Shown here: positions 11,035 through 23,339 of the stretch, piece after piece
How the letters are laid out: every line of letters begins with the position of its first letter
How positions within the stretch are numbered: the first letter of the stretch is position 1
Assembly: GCF_001194135.2 (NCBI RefSeq)
Contig: NC_069000.1
Coordinates: 28,789,818-28,853,817 of the forward strand
Direction: 5' to 3'
Source: Octopus bimaculoides
Taxonomy: Eukaryota
DNA length: 64,000 nucleotides
Made by a program: the position numbers and the translations under genes
The notes under the pieces: generated by a model
Told to the model about the DNA's origin: nothing
What the model saw: the letters and a program-made list of their open reading frames with translations, nothing else
Databases searched by the model: none

Positions 11035-11590
11035 NNNNNNNNNNNNNNNNNNNNNNNNNNNNNNNNNNNNNNNNNNNNNNNNNNNNNNNNNNNNNNNNNN
11101 NNNNNNNNNNNNNNNNNNNNNNNNNNNNNNNNNNNNNNNNNNNNNNNNNNNNNNNNNNNNNNNNNNNNNNNNNNNNNNNNNNNNNNNNNNNNNNNNNNNN
11201 NNNNNNNNNNNNNNNNNNNNNNNNNNNNNNNNNNNNNNNNNNNNNNNNNNNNNNNNNNNNNNNNNNNNNNNNNNNNNNNNNNNNNNNNNNNNNNNNNNNN
11301 NNNNNNNNNNNNNNNNNNNNNNNNNNNNNNNNNNNNNNNNNNNNNNNNNNNNNNNNNNNNNNNNNNNNNNNNNNNNNNNNNNNNNNNNNNNNNNNNNNNN
11401 NNNNNNNNNNNNNNNNNNNNNNNNNNNNNNNNNNNNNNNNNNNNNNNNNNNNNNNNNNNNNNNNNNNNNNNNNNNNNNNNNNNNNNNNNNNNNNNNNNNN
11501 NNNNNNNNNNNNNNNNNNNNNNNNNNNNNNNNNNNNNNNNNNNNNNNNNNNNNNNNNNNNNNNNNNNNNNNNNNNNNNNNNNNNNNNNNN
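11035..11590. other. Assembly gap (N run)
   Basis: Ns. Other gaps lie at ~4536-4545, ~14928-15641 and 39565-40346. Confidence 1.
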
Positions 11591-11839
11591 TGTCAATCCA
11601 AGAGACTTGCTAATCAAAGATATTCCAGTGAAAGACCTATTAATCAAAAGCGTTCCATCTGTATCTTTCAGACAGGCATATCATGGACTGCATCATTCAA
11701 TGGGTCCTTATTTTATGTTATTATGGTGAGGTTTTGTTGCTATTTCTGGCCAGTCAAGTGTGACTATAAAAAGGTTCCCTTGCTCTCTCAATCAATATGA
11801 GTATAATTGTAGTAACATAAAATGTAGGTACCTATTAAC

Positions 11840-12015
11840 TGGTACTCCATCAGTTACAATGATAAGGGTTCGAGTTGGTCTGATCAATGGAACAGCCTGC
11901 TCGTGAAATTAATGTGCAAGTGGCTGAGCACTCCACAGTTACACATACCCTTGATATTGTTCTCATTGAGATTTAGAGCATGACACAGACTGGCCCTTTG
12001 AATTACAGGTACTAG
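11840..12015 (+). mobile_element. SINE-like core fragment
   Basis: GATCAATGGAACAGCCTGCTCGTGAAATTAATGTGCAAGTGGCTGAGCACTCCACAG resembles a recurrent mollusc SINE core (pattern recall only). Confidence 0.4.
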
Positions 12016-12696
12016 ATACCTATTAAGTTCAATGCAGGCTATTTTGCTACGTTCTGGTTTCAGTATCTGAAGTGAGTGAATGATAAATCTCATCCTAGCT
12101 AAATCAGAAGTCAGTTATAGATAACCCTTACTAGATAATCTCATAGTCATTATTGACAAATAACCGAAATGAAGCAATGTAGAAAAGTAAGGGGAAAATA
12201 TTGAATCTGAGGAAGTTGGTGATGATCAAGATTGGCAAAAAAGTCAATCAGTAGGAAAGTACAAGATTTATAAAATCTTGATGAAGACTGTAGAAGATAG
12301 TATTTTGAGACTTGCCCTTCATCTGAAGATGAAGAACAGTGTTATTGTTGTGTAGACCCATGTCAAAACTATTCCTATCATGACCATTTGTTTGTTTTTT
12401 ATAGCTAAGGCTACATTATCCAAGGTGTACTTTTTTATTTATTCTTTTAAACGTTATAAAAATTGTGAAATTATGAAGTTATTTCTAGCAGATTTTAACC
12501 AGAGCTTCCCTCATTTAATTGGAGAAAAATATGTCATCATTTGAACTGGAAGCAAGTGAACGCTCCCAGCCAAAGCCACAACCACATTTAATTTCTATTC
12601 TTCACTCCAAATGAACTTTATCTATCTTGAACTTAACTAGTATAGAACAGTTTTTTTTTTTTATCTAAAGAGATGAAATACTGAAAACAAATTTAA

Positions 12697-12908
12697 CCCT
12701 TTAGAATTCAGATTACTTGTAATGCTTATTTATTCACATTGTTTTGAATTAATCAAATATTATCTCATGGTTTTGAGGTTTCAATGATGTTATTGTTTAC
12801 TTTTAGAATGACATGGTAGGGTAAGTGCAAGAGGCTGGATCTGGCCAGTTTGAACATAAAACAGGTAGAATATTTGGGTCAGATATGGCTGCTTTAAATG
12901 CTAAAGGG
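12697..12908. mobile_element. piggyBac-type MITE
   Basis: TTAA|CCCTTTAG...CTAAAGGG|TTAA: 8-bp TIR with TTAA TSD, 212 bp, non-coding. Confidence 0.85.
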
Positions 12909-14669
12909 TTAAACTCATGATCTAAGAGTTGATAATCCAATATTTTACCCATTTAGACATTTTTTTACTATGACGAAAATAGCTGATGCTTAACTCAGAA
13001 TTGAGTGTCTTACTGTATCTATTTACAGTGTCCAAATGAATACATTAAAACACCTGATCCTGAGTTTCGAATAGCATGAGAACTCAGGAGAGTTAACAGC
13101 AATCCAGTATTGTGTATATATGCATGTTTAAGATGAATACGAAGACTGAATTTTTGGCACATTATGCAGAGGAAACCTAGCAATCCATTGGGAAGTTTCA
13201 AAGCACAGAAAGGTAATATCTAACAATGTTGCTATGGGATGCATATCTCAGATCATGGTGAGACATAGATCATCCAGGTGAACCCACTGCACTCCTCTTA
13301 ATCATCTCGACTATCTTATCACTGGTCCACAAAATGGGGACAAAACAATGAGGCTGGTGATCCAGTGCAGCCCTCTCTCACTCTAATCCAAGTTTAGTAC
13401 AGCCACTTCCATAGTTTCATTGCAGGGAAAATTGTAGTATAGGCAAGGGTAGTCATGAATCTTTAGCTGCCTGTATTATTGCATCCTCTTTTGTTATGGT
13501 GGAGTCCAGATCATCTTTGAAACCAAAGGACAAACAACAATGTGCAAAATAATGAAATTCATATCTTGTTGTAAAGTACAACCAAAAGACTATGATATAG
13601 TTCAACCTGTTTGACAACAAACTGCCTGAAGCTGTCTCATGTTTTATAACAGAAAAACCTCTAAGTTTAAAGTTTTCATATTTCAGTTGAATTTTTGCAT
13701 TATACTTTCAAGAAACTTCTATAATATTCTAAAGAGCAGCTTAATTGACCAGAAAAGACCAATTATTTTATTAAATATTTCTAAGTTCTTGTTTTTTTTC
13801 AAAAATTAACTAAAGAACAGAAAGTATATTTTATTAGAAATATAATCATAAAAGGGTTAACTGATGGCATGAAGTCACAAATTCAGTGCCTTAAAGCAAA
13901 ACCACTGTGCTTCTAGCATATTCACATTAGTTCTTTTACAATCCAACTTCTCCAGTGACCCTATTATAGCTACTGAGTCTCATGAGACACAACAGCTGTA
14001 ACTGAGTTAGTTACTATTATTCAGAAATGGTTGACTTCCAGATTAAATGCTCTGCTGTATTTAGTTATGTCCTCTCATGGTCTGAAATCAAATTCTGTCA
14101 AAGTTGACTATGCCTTTCATCTCTTGAGATTCCACAATAACCAATTAATTTTGTTATTCCCCTCTCCTATGAATTCATGATAATGTGACAATGCAAGAAA
14201 TTATTATTTCAAAACTTTATGTCCAATGTGTTCTTTTCTTTTATAAAAAGATCAAGACCAGTAAAATATGAAATGAAATTAAATTACTTTAAAATATTTA
14301 TAAGAAATATCAGACATCTTAAAATAATGAAAAGTACTTGCATTTTTGCCTCCCTATGGTACATGAACAATATATCCTTAATTTTTTAAAAATAACAATT
14401 ACTATGACAATGTTGTCATGACAATGGAAGTCAATGTAATTAGCTGTTGGAAGTGACAATGATCTGAATCTAAATTTAAAGATAGGAACAGGATGTAGTA
14501 TTTTCATGAATGAGAACTGTAAGAGAGTGAGATGTGGGCTTTGAGTAAATATGGCATTCAAAATTAACAATAAAATCAAAATTTTTATTAAAATATGCAT
14601 GAAATTGGAATTTTAAAGATATTATCATTTTGATTGACTCAAAAAGTCATTTAGAGTTTTGATTATATA

Positions 14670-14900
14670 TATCTTTTACTTGTTTCAGTCACTGCACTGT
14701 GGCCATGTTGGAGCATTGCCTGCAGGGATTTTAGTTAAAGAACTCAACCCCAGTATTTATATTTTTTTAGCCTGGTATTTTTTCTCTTGGTCTCTTTTGC
14801 TGAACTGCTAAGTTATGGAGATGTATACAAACCAACACTAATTGACAAGTAATGAAGAGGGACAAACACAATGACACCCATAGGTATCTCTCTCTCTCTC
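14670..14900 (-). mobile_element. SINE S1 3' half
   Basis: Reverse-complement similarity to 15677-15880. Confidence 0.7.
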
Positions 14901-15642
14901 TCTCTCTCTCATATACATATATATATANNNNNNNNNNNNNNNNNNNNNNNNNNNNNNNNNNNNNNNNNNNNNNNNNNNNNNNNNNNNNNNNNNNNNNNNN
15001 NNNNNNNNNNNNNNNNNNNNNNNNNNNNNNNNNNNNNNNNNNNNNNNNNNNNNNNNNNNNNNNNNNNNNNNNNNNNNNNNNNNNNNNNNNNNNNNNNNNN
15101 NNNNNNNNNNNNNNNNNNNNNNNNNNNNNNNNNNNNNNNNNNNNNNNNNNNNNNNNNNNNNNNNNNNNNNNNNNNNNNNNNNNNNNNNNNNNNNNNNNNN
15201 NNNNNNNNNNNNNNNNNNNNNNNNNNNNNNNNNNNNNNNNNNNNNNNNNNNNNNNNNNNNNNNNNNNNNNNNNNNNNNNNNNNNNNNNNNNNNNNNNNNN
15301 NNNNNNNNNNNNNNNNNNNNNNNNNNNNNNNNNNNNNNNNNNNNNNNNNNNNNNNNNNNNNNNNNNNNNNNNNNNNNNNNNNNNNNNNNNNNNNNNNNNN
15401 NNNNNNNNNNNNNNNNNNNNNNNNNNNNNNNNNNNNNNNNNNNNNNNNNNNNNNNNNNNNNNNNNNNNNNNNNNNNNNNNNNNNNNNNNNNNNNNNNNNN
15501 NNNNNNNNNNNNNNNNNNNNNNNNNNNNNNNNNNNNNNNNNNNNNNNNNNNNNNNNNNNNNNNNNNNNNNNNNNNNNNNNNNNNNNNNNNNNNNNNNNNN
15601 NNNNNNNNNNNNNNNNNNNNNNNNNNNNNNNNNNNNNNNNNN

Positions 15643-15676
<34 letters not shown>

Positions 15677-15687
<11 letters not shown>

Positions 15688-15880
15688 CTGTGTTTGTCCC
15701 TCCAACATTGCTTGACAACCGATGCTGGTGTGTTTACGTCCGTGTAACTTAGCAGTTTGGCCAAAGAGACCGATAGAAGAATTACTAGGCTTACAAAGAA
15801 TAAGTCCTGGGGTCGATTTTCTTGACTAAAAGTGGTGCTCCAGCATAGCTGCAGTCAAATGACTGAAACAAAATAAAAGA
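15677..15880 (+). mobile_element. SINE S1 3' half
   Basis: GTGTCTGTGTTTGTCCCTCCAACATTGCTTGACAACCGATGCTGG...GACTGAAACAAAATAAAAGA. Similar to 40350-40550. Confidence 0.75.
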
Positions 15881-15897
15881 ATATATATATATATATA

Positions 15898-16345
15898 CAT
15901 CATCATCATCATCCTTTAACATGCATTTTCCATGCTGGCATGGGCTGGACTGTTTGACCAGAACTGGCAAGCTAGAAAGCTGCACCAGGTTCCAGTCTGA
16001 TTTGGCTTGCTTTCTATGGCTGGGTGCTCTTCCTAACACCATCCACTTTATAGTGTGTGCTGAGTGTTTTTAACATGGCACTGCACAAGCACTTTTACAT
16101 GTCACTGGCATGAGTGCTTTTTGCATGGCACAGGCAGATGAATCTTGCAGGCCAATACTCTTCACCAGGGGAAGTGGCCTTAACACTTCTGCTGTGAAGG
16201 ACGGGTTTCCTTGAGTACAGCAAAGTGCCAGGTATCTCTGTCCTTTGTCATCTTGTCTGAAAGGTTCAGTGTCCTAAGGTTGTCCTTCAGGATCTCATCC
16301 CATGTCTTCTTGGGTCTCCCTCTTCCACTTTGAGAGTTTGGCACT
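15898..16345 (-). mobile_element. RTE LINE 3' end with (GAT)n tail
   Basis: Minus strand GRGRPKKTWDEILKDNL...DRDTWH, 3'UTR with CCATGCCAGCATGG hairpin and (GAT)n tail. Confidence 0.85.
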
Positions 16346-16399
16346 TTTTTATGGAGCTGTTGGCATTCATATATAAACAATGAGTTTCTTTCAGTTTCC

Positions 16400-17735
16400 A
16401 TCTACTAAAAAGTGTGTGAGAATGAGAATGGTTGAAAGGAGAAAGGTGTGGAAACTGAAAGAAGAAGAAACAAGAGCAAAGTTTGAGGAGAGTATTGGGG
16501 AGTTGGTAAGCATTGATGCACCAGATTTGTGGAAGTCTATTAAAGAAGGGGTACTAAAGGCAAGTGACGAAGTGTGTGGAAGGATGAAAGGTAGGAGAGA
16601 TTGAAGAGATACATGGTGGTGGAACGAGGAGGGTTATGATAGTGAGGAAGAAGGAGGCGCACAAAGCTTTATGTAATAATAGGACTGAGCAAATGAAAGC
16701 AAGGTATAATAACATGAAGAATCGTGCAAAGAGGGTGGCTGCGAGATCTATGAGGAAGGAGCTGAGAAGAGGTTGAGTGAGCTGGATGAGAACCCAGATA
16801 GAGTGTTTAGGTTTATTAAATCAATGAAAAAAGATGGAAGAGATGTTGAGGGAGGAAGAGGCATTGAGGGGGGGGGGTGATGGAAGGTTGAAGGACAGGG
16901 GAAGAGTTTGGAAGGAGCATATGGAGGGAATCATGAATGAGGAGAATGAATGGGATCAGAGGGTGGAAGCTGCTGTGGTGAAGGGGCCAGTGGAGAGGGT
17001 TAGTCAGGAAGAAGTAGTGGAGGCAATGAAGGAAATGAAAACAGGAAAGGTAGCTGATCTATCAGAAGTAAGTGTGGAAATGATAACTGCAAGTGGAGAG
17101 ATAGGGATTGTTGTGATGTTGGAGCTCTGCCAAGGTGTGCTGGATGGAAGAGGAATGTCAGATGATTGGGCACCAAGTGTGGTGGTACCGATCTTCAAGG
17201 TGATGAGTTGTGGGGCATATAGGGGAGTGAAGTTACTGGATCATGCAATGAAGATTGTAGAAAGGGTATTGGAAAGAAGAATTCAGAAAACAATGGATGT
17301 GGATAAGATGCAATTTGCTTTTATGCCAGGAAAGGGGATAATGGATGCAATGTTCATTGTAAGGAGATTGCAGGAGGAATACCGAGATAAGGAGAAGGAG
17401 TTATACTTGTGCATTGTTGATCTGGAGAAGGCATTTGATAGGATTTCAAGGAAGGTGATTGAATGAGCATTGAGGAAAAGAGGTGAACTAGAGGTAATAG
17501 TGAGGGCAGTGATGAGTTTGTACGATGAGGTAAAGACAAGAGTTAGAATTGGATCAGATCTGTTGGAGGAGTTTGTGGTGAAAGTTGGTGTGCACAAGCA
17601 AAGTTGACCAAAGAAAATGTGGAGGGGACAGGTGGAGGAGGAGATTAGGTGAGTTGGCTTGAGGAAGGAGGATGCCCAGAACTGGGCAAGATGGTGAGAG
17701 TGGTTGCTGCAAGAATGAGGTAAATCTAGCCAACT
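16400..17735 (+). mobile_element. RTE LINE fragment with RT core internally deleted
   Basis: WWWNEE, YRGVKLLDHAMKIVERVLE, QFAFMPGKG, IVDLEKAFDRI, then a jump from KVGVH directly to the RT C-terminal tail. Confidence 0.85.
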
Positions 17736-18799
17736 CCAATTGAACCCAGAACCATGTGATTGAGAAGCAAACAGCTTACTACACTGCCATGCCTGTACCT
17801 GAACTTAAATTATAATTATCATTATTTCTAGTAGTGGTCCACATAAAACCTTAAAATACCAGGTTACTAACACAATGAGTTCAGTCTTTGTGGACAATTC
17901 CAAACTGCACCATTCTCACTTTCATACAACACAATCTTCAGCACTTGTATACATACTATATCAACCGTTTTCTTTCTTCTTTGTCTTCAGTCATTTCTCA
18001 AGTTAAACAAATATTCACAACATTTTTTTAATGGTTTGGTTTGGAGGTTGGGACTGTGATCACAGCCTCTGCAAGGCATTCAGTGACCTGTGAGATTGAC
18101 ACAATTAATGTGCCTTTGAACTGCTGCAGGACAAACATGGACTGGGAAGTAATTCTAGTGGGCTGACATTCTTGTAGAACAGACTAGTACAGTGCCCAGG
18201 AGAATGATAAGAGGAGGAGAGATGAATTAGGATCTGATTGGAGGTGCCACAAGACCAACTTCAAGTTGTAAAGATCACTGTAATAACAAGATATACAGCT
18301 CAATCAAGATCTATCTGGGTTTGAAGAACAAAAATAGCAACCACCATTAATACAATCTTCAACATTTCAAAATGCAGTAATTACTTCACCACCCAAATTC
18401 TTTTGCTATTTTCTTGGATATATTTCTCACTAGGAACAGGCAGGCATATCAATAATGTATATGTTTTCAGTGATTATTTTCTGTAATTAAATCTTGCCTT
18501 CTGGCAGTGTGTGAGGGGACTGAAGGTGGAGATCATACTTGTGGTATTGAAAATCCCAATGCAGTTTATATGTTTATATTCTTTATTCTCCAGTGTGGTC
18601 CCGCAATAACATCTGGTTTTATACCACACTCAGTGTATTCCAGCCAATCCTTCATGCTTTGCTCAAGCTACAGCTGGGATCATCATTCATTGTTTTGCTT
18701 TTAACATAATAATTTCCAGCAAGTGTTTTATATACAGACAGCAGATGACAATGAACTGTTTTCTTCCTTTTTTATTAATCTTTTATAATCAACTTTGCT

Positions 18800-20100
18800 T
18801 TTCATCAATAAAGGATTGCACATTTCTCTTGGTTGACAACGAGTCTCAATTCTAATATCCTTCAGCCTCTTAAGCAGCAATCTGGATGTTGTATCACAGG
18901 CACCAATTACCACAGGAATAATAGTTATATTATTCTTCCACAGTCTCTTCATCTCTGAGGTTAGATCCTGATATTTCTCAATTTTTTCGATTTCTTTAGT
19001 AGACATTATATTATGATATGGTATTGCATGGTCTAGCATCTTATACTTTTTTCCTATGTCAGACTTTATCTGGAAATCCCATAAAAACCTATAATCATTG
19101 TTCTCTGTCACAGCCTCTGGTTTATGTTCATACCACTTTTCTGCTGCTTTGAATCCACATTCTCAGCTAACATCCCAATACATTCTTTTAACTACACAGT
19201 TATGCCTGCACTTATACTCTTTTTGTGCTAGCTTACTTCATTCACTCAAGAGATGACAAATACTTTCTTTTCTTTCCCCGTAGATTATGTGTTTGTTTTC
19301 TGAGTTTTATCAATCTTTACCGTTGTCAAATTTGTCCTATTGGCTTGTTCCTCAACAGCTATAACTAGCCCTTAAGATTCTCATTTCAGGTTTCTGTCTG
19401 TCAGCCAGAACCAATATTTTTTAATTGTAACACCCCCAGTTTGTTGCATGAACTGGTCATGTAATTCCTTCTCTTTCCAGCTATTTGCTTTATTTTCTTC
19501 TTAATTCTCTTTTTGAATACTTCTACTGTTTCAGTAACTTCTTGGACATTTATAGCTGCTAGTAATATTCTTTCTTCACTCTACACAACATAGTTTTTGA
19601 AACCCAATATTGCACCCAATATAGGTGTCTTCTACATTTAGCAATCCCCTGCTTCCTTCAATTCTTTGTAGATAAAATTTGTTGATATTACTTTTATGAT
19701 GATGCACATTGTGCAATGGGAGCAGCTTTCTAGTTCTTCTAAGTTCTGTAATTCTGTCAGGAAAGGAACAGAATATCTTAATACTGGCATGGCCCATGTA
19801 TTCATTGCTTTGATGATACTTCCTCCATTTAATTTTATTTTGATCATATTCCTTATTTTGTTCTTATACTACTTGGAGATTTTTCTCTCTTGTTTCTCCA
19901 TCCTATTGTCCTGAAGCACCTTTAAATACTTGTATCCTGTATTTAATCTCGTTAGTGATCGAATGACATCATCTTGCAGTAATTTTATATCATCAGGGTT
20001 TATATTTCAACTGCTCTTCATACGCAGCTTCTTTTTTTTAAACCTTTTTTTATATTTTTAATCCTTTCTTTCAAACACACATACATCAAAATCAATAGGA
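18800..20100 (-). mobile_element. R4/Dong-like (restriction-like endonuclease) LINE, 5'-truncated
   Basis: IKAMNTWAMPVLRYS, RTRKLL...H.KS.I..FY....GSRGL, LWDFQIKSD, KEIEKIEKYQDL..E..RLW...IPVVIGA. Confidence 0.8.
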
Positions 20101-20130
20101 GTGACCATCATCATTATTATTATTGGAGTG

Positions 20131-20280
20131 AGGCAAAAGGCCTTGTGGTATTTGTTTCAGTTGTTTACATTTTAAGTTCAAATCCTGCCAAGGTCAACTT
20201 TGCCTTTCATCCTTTCCGTGTCAATAAATTATGTACTCAAGTTGATGGTGTTTGTTGATTAATCCCTCTCTCAAATTTCA
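20131..20280 (+). mobile_element. Degenerate SINE S2
   Basis: AAGTTCAAATCCTGCCAAGGTCAACTTTGCCTTTCATCC shared with the other S2 copies. Confidence 0.7.
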
Positions 20281-20299
20281 TAGACGATTATATATTAGA

Positions 20300-22560
20300 A
20301 ACAATTCTTCTTCTTCTTGGCACTTGTCATCGGTAAGCTGGTTGGTAATGCACAGATATGTGTTATTCCAAACAGATCTATCTATGACAACCTCCACCTC
20401 ATATGCTCCATCATAGAGAAGGTAGGGAAGGAACCTGGCATGGGTGGGGCTCTGATCAATTTGAATCAATTAAAAGCTTTTGACAGGGTCGACCATCAAT
20501 ACTTGGAGGTTGTCCTCATGACAGCCAGCTTTTGTCCCATTTTCAGAGGCTGGATCGCAGCAATGTATAGCAGAATCATTAAGCATCACTTGCTCGGTCT
20601 GTCAAGGATGCCCATTCTCTCCTTTCTATACATGCTGGTTCTCGAGCTATTATTGAAGAAGTTGGATATTTCGAGGGGCATCCTGTGTGATCTAGGATGC
20701 AGATTGCTATTGTGGCCTATGCAGATACTTTTCTCTTTGGCCCTCATCAACTGTTTCAGGTTTCACTTGTAAAGGAAAGTGAGGGTAGAAGAGAAGTTCT
20801 GCCCCTGCCCCTAGTAAACTTGTTAAAAGGTGGGTGTATGTGGTGAAGACAGCCTGTGTGAATGGGCCTACTCTGAACTTGCATTTGTAAACTGGAGGAG
20901 TTGAGAAGGAGAGAAGTGTTTGCTGAAGTGCACCTGGTGGTCAGGATGACCAGGTTGTGTGGAGTTATATGGTTTCCCCAGTGAAGAATTCCCTGCTTTT
21001 GGGGAATTTTTAGTAGTAGTGTTTGGACAGTAATAGTGTTGGACAACTTGGAAATTGAGGTGATTGGCTCTACCTTAAGGGAGTACAAAGCAGCGACAGA
21101 AGCAAAAATTAATCTGGAAAGTTGGTGGGCCTGCAGCTTGGCACCTGGAGAGGCAGGTCCATACCAACCGACAGCATTGTAAAGCACTGGATGGAAAGAC
21201 CAGTTAAATTGCTTGGGGTCTGGTTTGGTCTGTGCCTCCAGGTGAATGAGGACCGGGGGGGAGATGATGAGCAGGGTAGCCAATCTCATCCAGAAATGAG
21301 CAGAGAGGAAGCTGTTCTTGAAAGATTGGCCGGAGTGGTGAATGCATACATCGCTTCAGTCATCTATTACTGTCTGACCATCGTCCCTTGCTCTGCTTCA
21401 TAGCTGACCAAGCTGGAGCACTTACTTTTCTGCTTTCTATGGAAGGGAAATGTTCCACTCATCAGATGATCCATCTGTTGTCAACAGCATGCCATGGCTA
21501 ATGATGTGCAGACCCGCTCTGAAGCTACATCTCCAGCATTTTCTTAATGCTGAACAGGTGTGGTTGCCATTTGTCAAGCAGTATTTTCTACAGCTCATCT
21601 CATTGACAGAACTACAGCTCTGGATGAAACATAGAGCACGAAAAGGTGCTTGGCACCTGAAATGTTGGCAAGTGCTCACAACTTTCTGCCAGTCAAGCAA
21701 TGCGGTCGGTGCAAGTTCCACTATGGAGTTTTGTAGGGGATTAGTAGCAGACAAGAGTGATGATGTCCTTGGGGAAACCCTGGGCGTCAGGAGGGATCAA
21801 TTAACTGGTCTTTTCTGGGGCCTATGGATAACTTCCAGAAATCCCTGGCCTGGCAGTGCTACCAGGGAGCTCTGCTGGTTTGAGACAAGCTCTATAGACA
21901 CGGAAGTACTGTCAGACGGACCTGTCCAAGGTGTGTGCAGAGCAACAAAACTGTCCTGCACACACTCGTCCAGTGTCCATGCATTACTAACTTGTGGAGC
22001 TTTGTCGAACAGCTGTTATTGCATATAAGATGGATCCAGTTATCAGTTGAGTCTATTGTGAAGATCGCCCTGCTGCCTTCCTTTGGCTGAGAAGGAAAGG
22101 CAGTTTTCCTCTGTCTGGTGGCCATAGCGAAGGAAGTAGTGTGGTGGACAAGACTGAAAGGACTGAAAACAGATACTTTCCTCTTTGGCCCTCATCAACT
22201 TTTTCAAGTTTCACTTGCAAAAGAAAGTGAGGGTAGAAGGGAAGTTCTGCCCCTGCCCCTAGTAAATTTGTTGAAAGGTGGAAGTATGTGGTGAAGATGG
22301 CCTGTGTGAATGGGCCTACTCTGAACTTTCATTTGTAAACTGGAGGAGTTGAGGTGTCTGCAGAAGTGCACCTAGTGGTCAGGATGTGTGGAGTTCTGTG
22401 GTTGTCCCAGCGAGGAATTCCCTGCTTTTGGGGAATTTTTATTGTTTAATTGTTTTTTTGTTTTTTTTTGTTACTTATTGTACTCATGGCATTGTTCAAC
22501 ATCCCCACTTATCCCTTGTATTGTACTGTTCCTATTTGTTTTGTGTTCAGCCCTTGTGGC
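20300..22560 (+). mobile_element. Tx1/L1-like LINE, 5'-truncated, internally rearranged
   Basis: QICVIPNRSIYDNLHL, GALINLNQLKAFDRVDHQYL, AYAD, LGTWRG, YIASVIYY, ending in a T/ATT-rich 3' tail. Confidence 0.85.
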
Positions 22561-23339
22561 CAATAAAAGAAAGTATTATTATTATTGTTGTTGTTATTAT
22601 AATACTGGACTCTCCCATTGATAATGACATATGAGCATTCAGCTTTTGCTGAACGACTTGCACAAGTAATTTGTTTATAGTAATCAAATGTATGTGCTGT
22701 ACATTAGCTCACTTTCTCCATTAAATCAAAGTTGCCTGAATAGATGTACCGTACCGTAACAGTAATAATATAAGCAGCAGTAGCATCAAGAACAACATCA
22801 CCAATATCAGCAACAGAATCACCCAATCTCAATACAACATATGCTTTTCTCTGCCTTCAAATCACTCAGATATGTTCGGCAATGAATGTGATAAAGATGA
22901 AAAATGGAAAACTGTCCCCTTAAGAAGAGAAAGGAGAGGAAGAAAACAAAATCAATCTGCTCTCACAGAAATCTGGGAGATTTGAAGGGAAGCCAACACT
23001 CTATAGTATGATATGAACACCAACTCCGTCACTAACTACCACAGACAATATCAACACAGCAAATACTACCACAAACACAAACATAATCCAAACTAACTAC
23101 AAGAACAACAACCACAAAGAAATATCGTAAGCTGCACAACCATAGACACAAACAACAAAGAATTAAGGAACACACAAACATTACACATGACTACATCACT
23201 CATACTAATAACGTAGTAACATACATACAAATGCTAAACATTCAAAAAACTTAGAACAAACTAAAAATAAACTATTCTGACAGAATGGGAGTTTCCATGG
23301 GGCAATAAACAAAAGAATTTATAAAAACTTATTAGAGGT

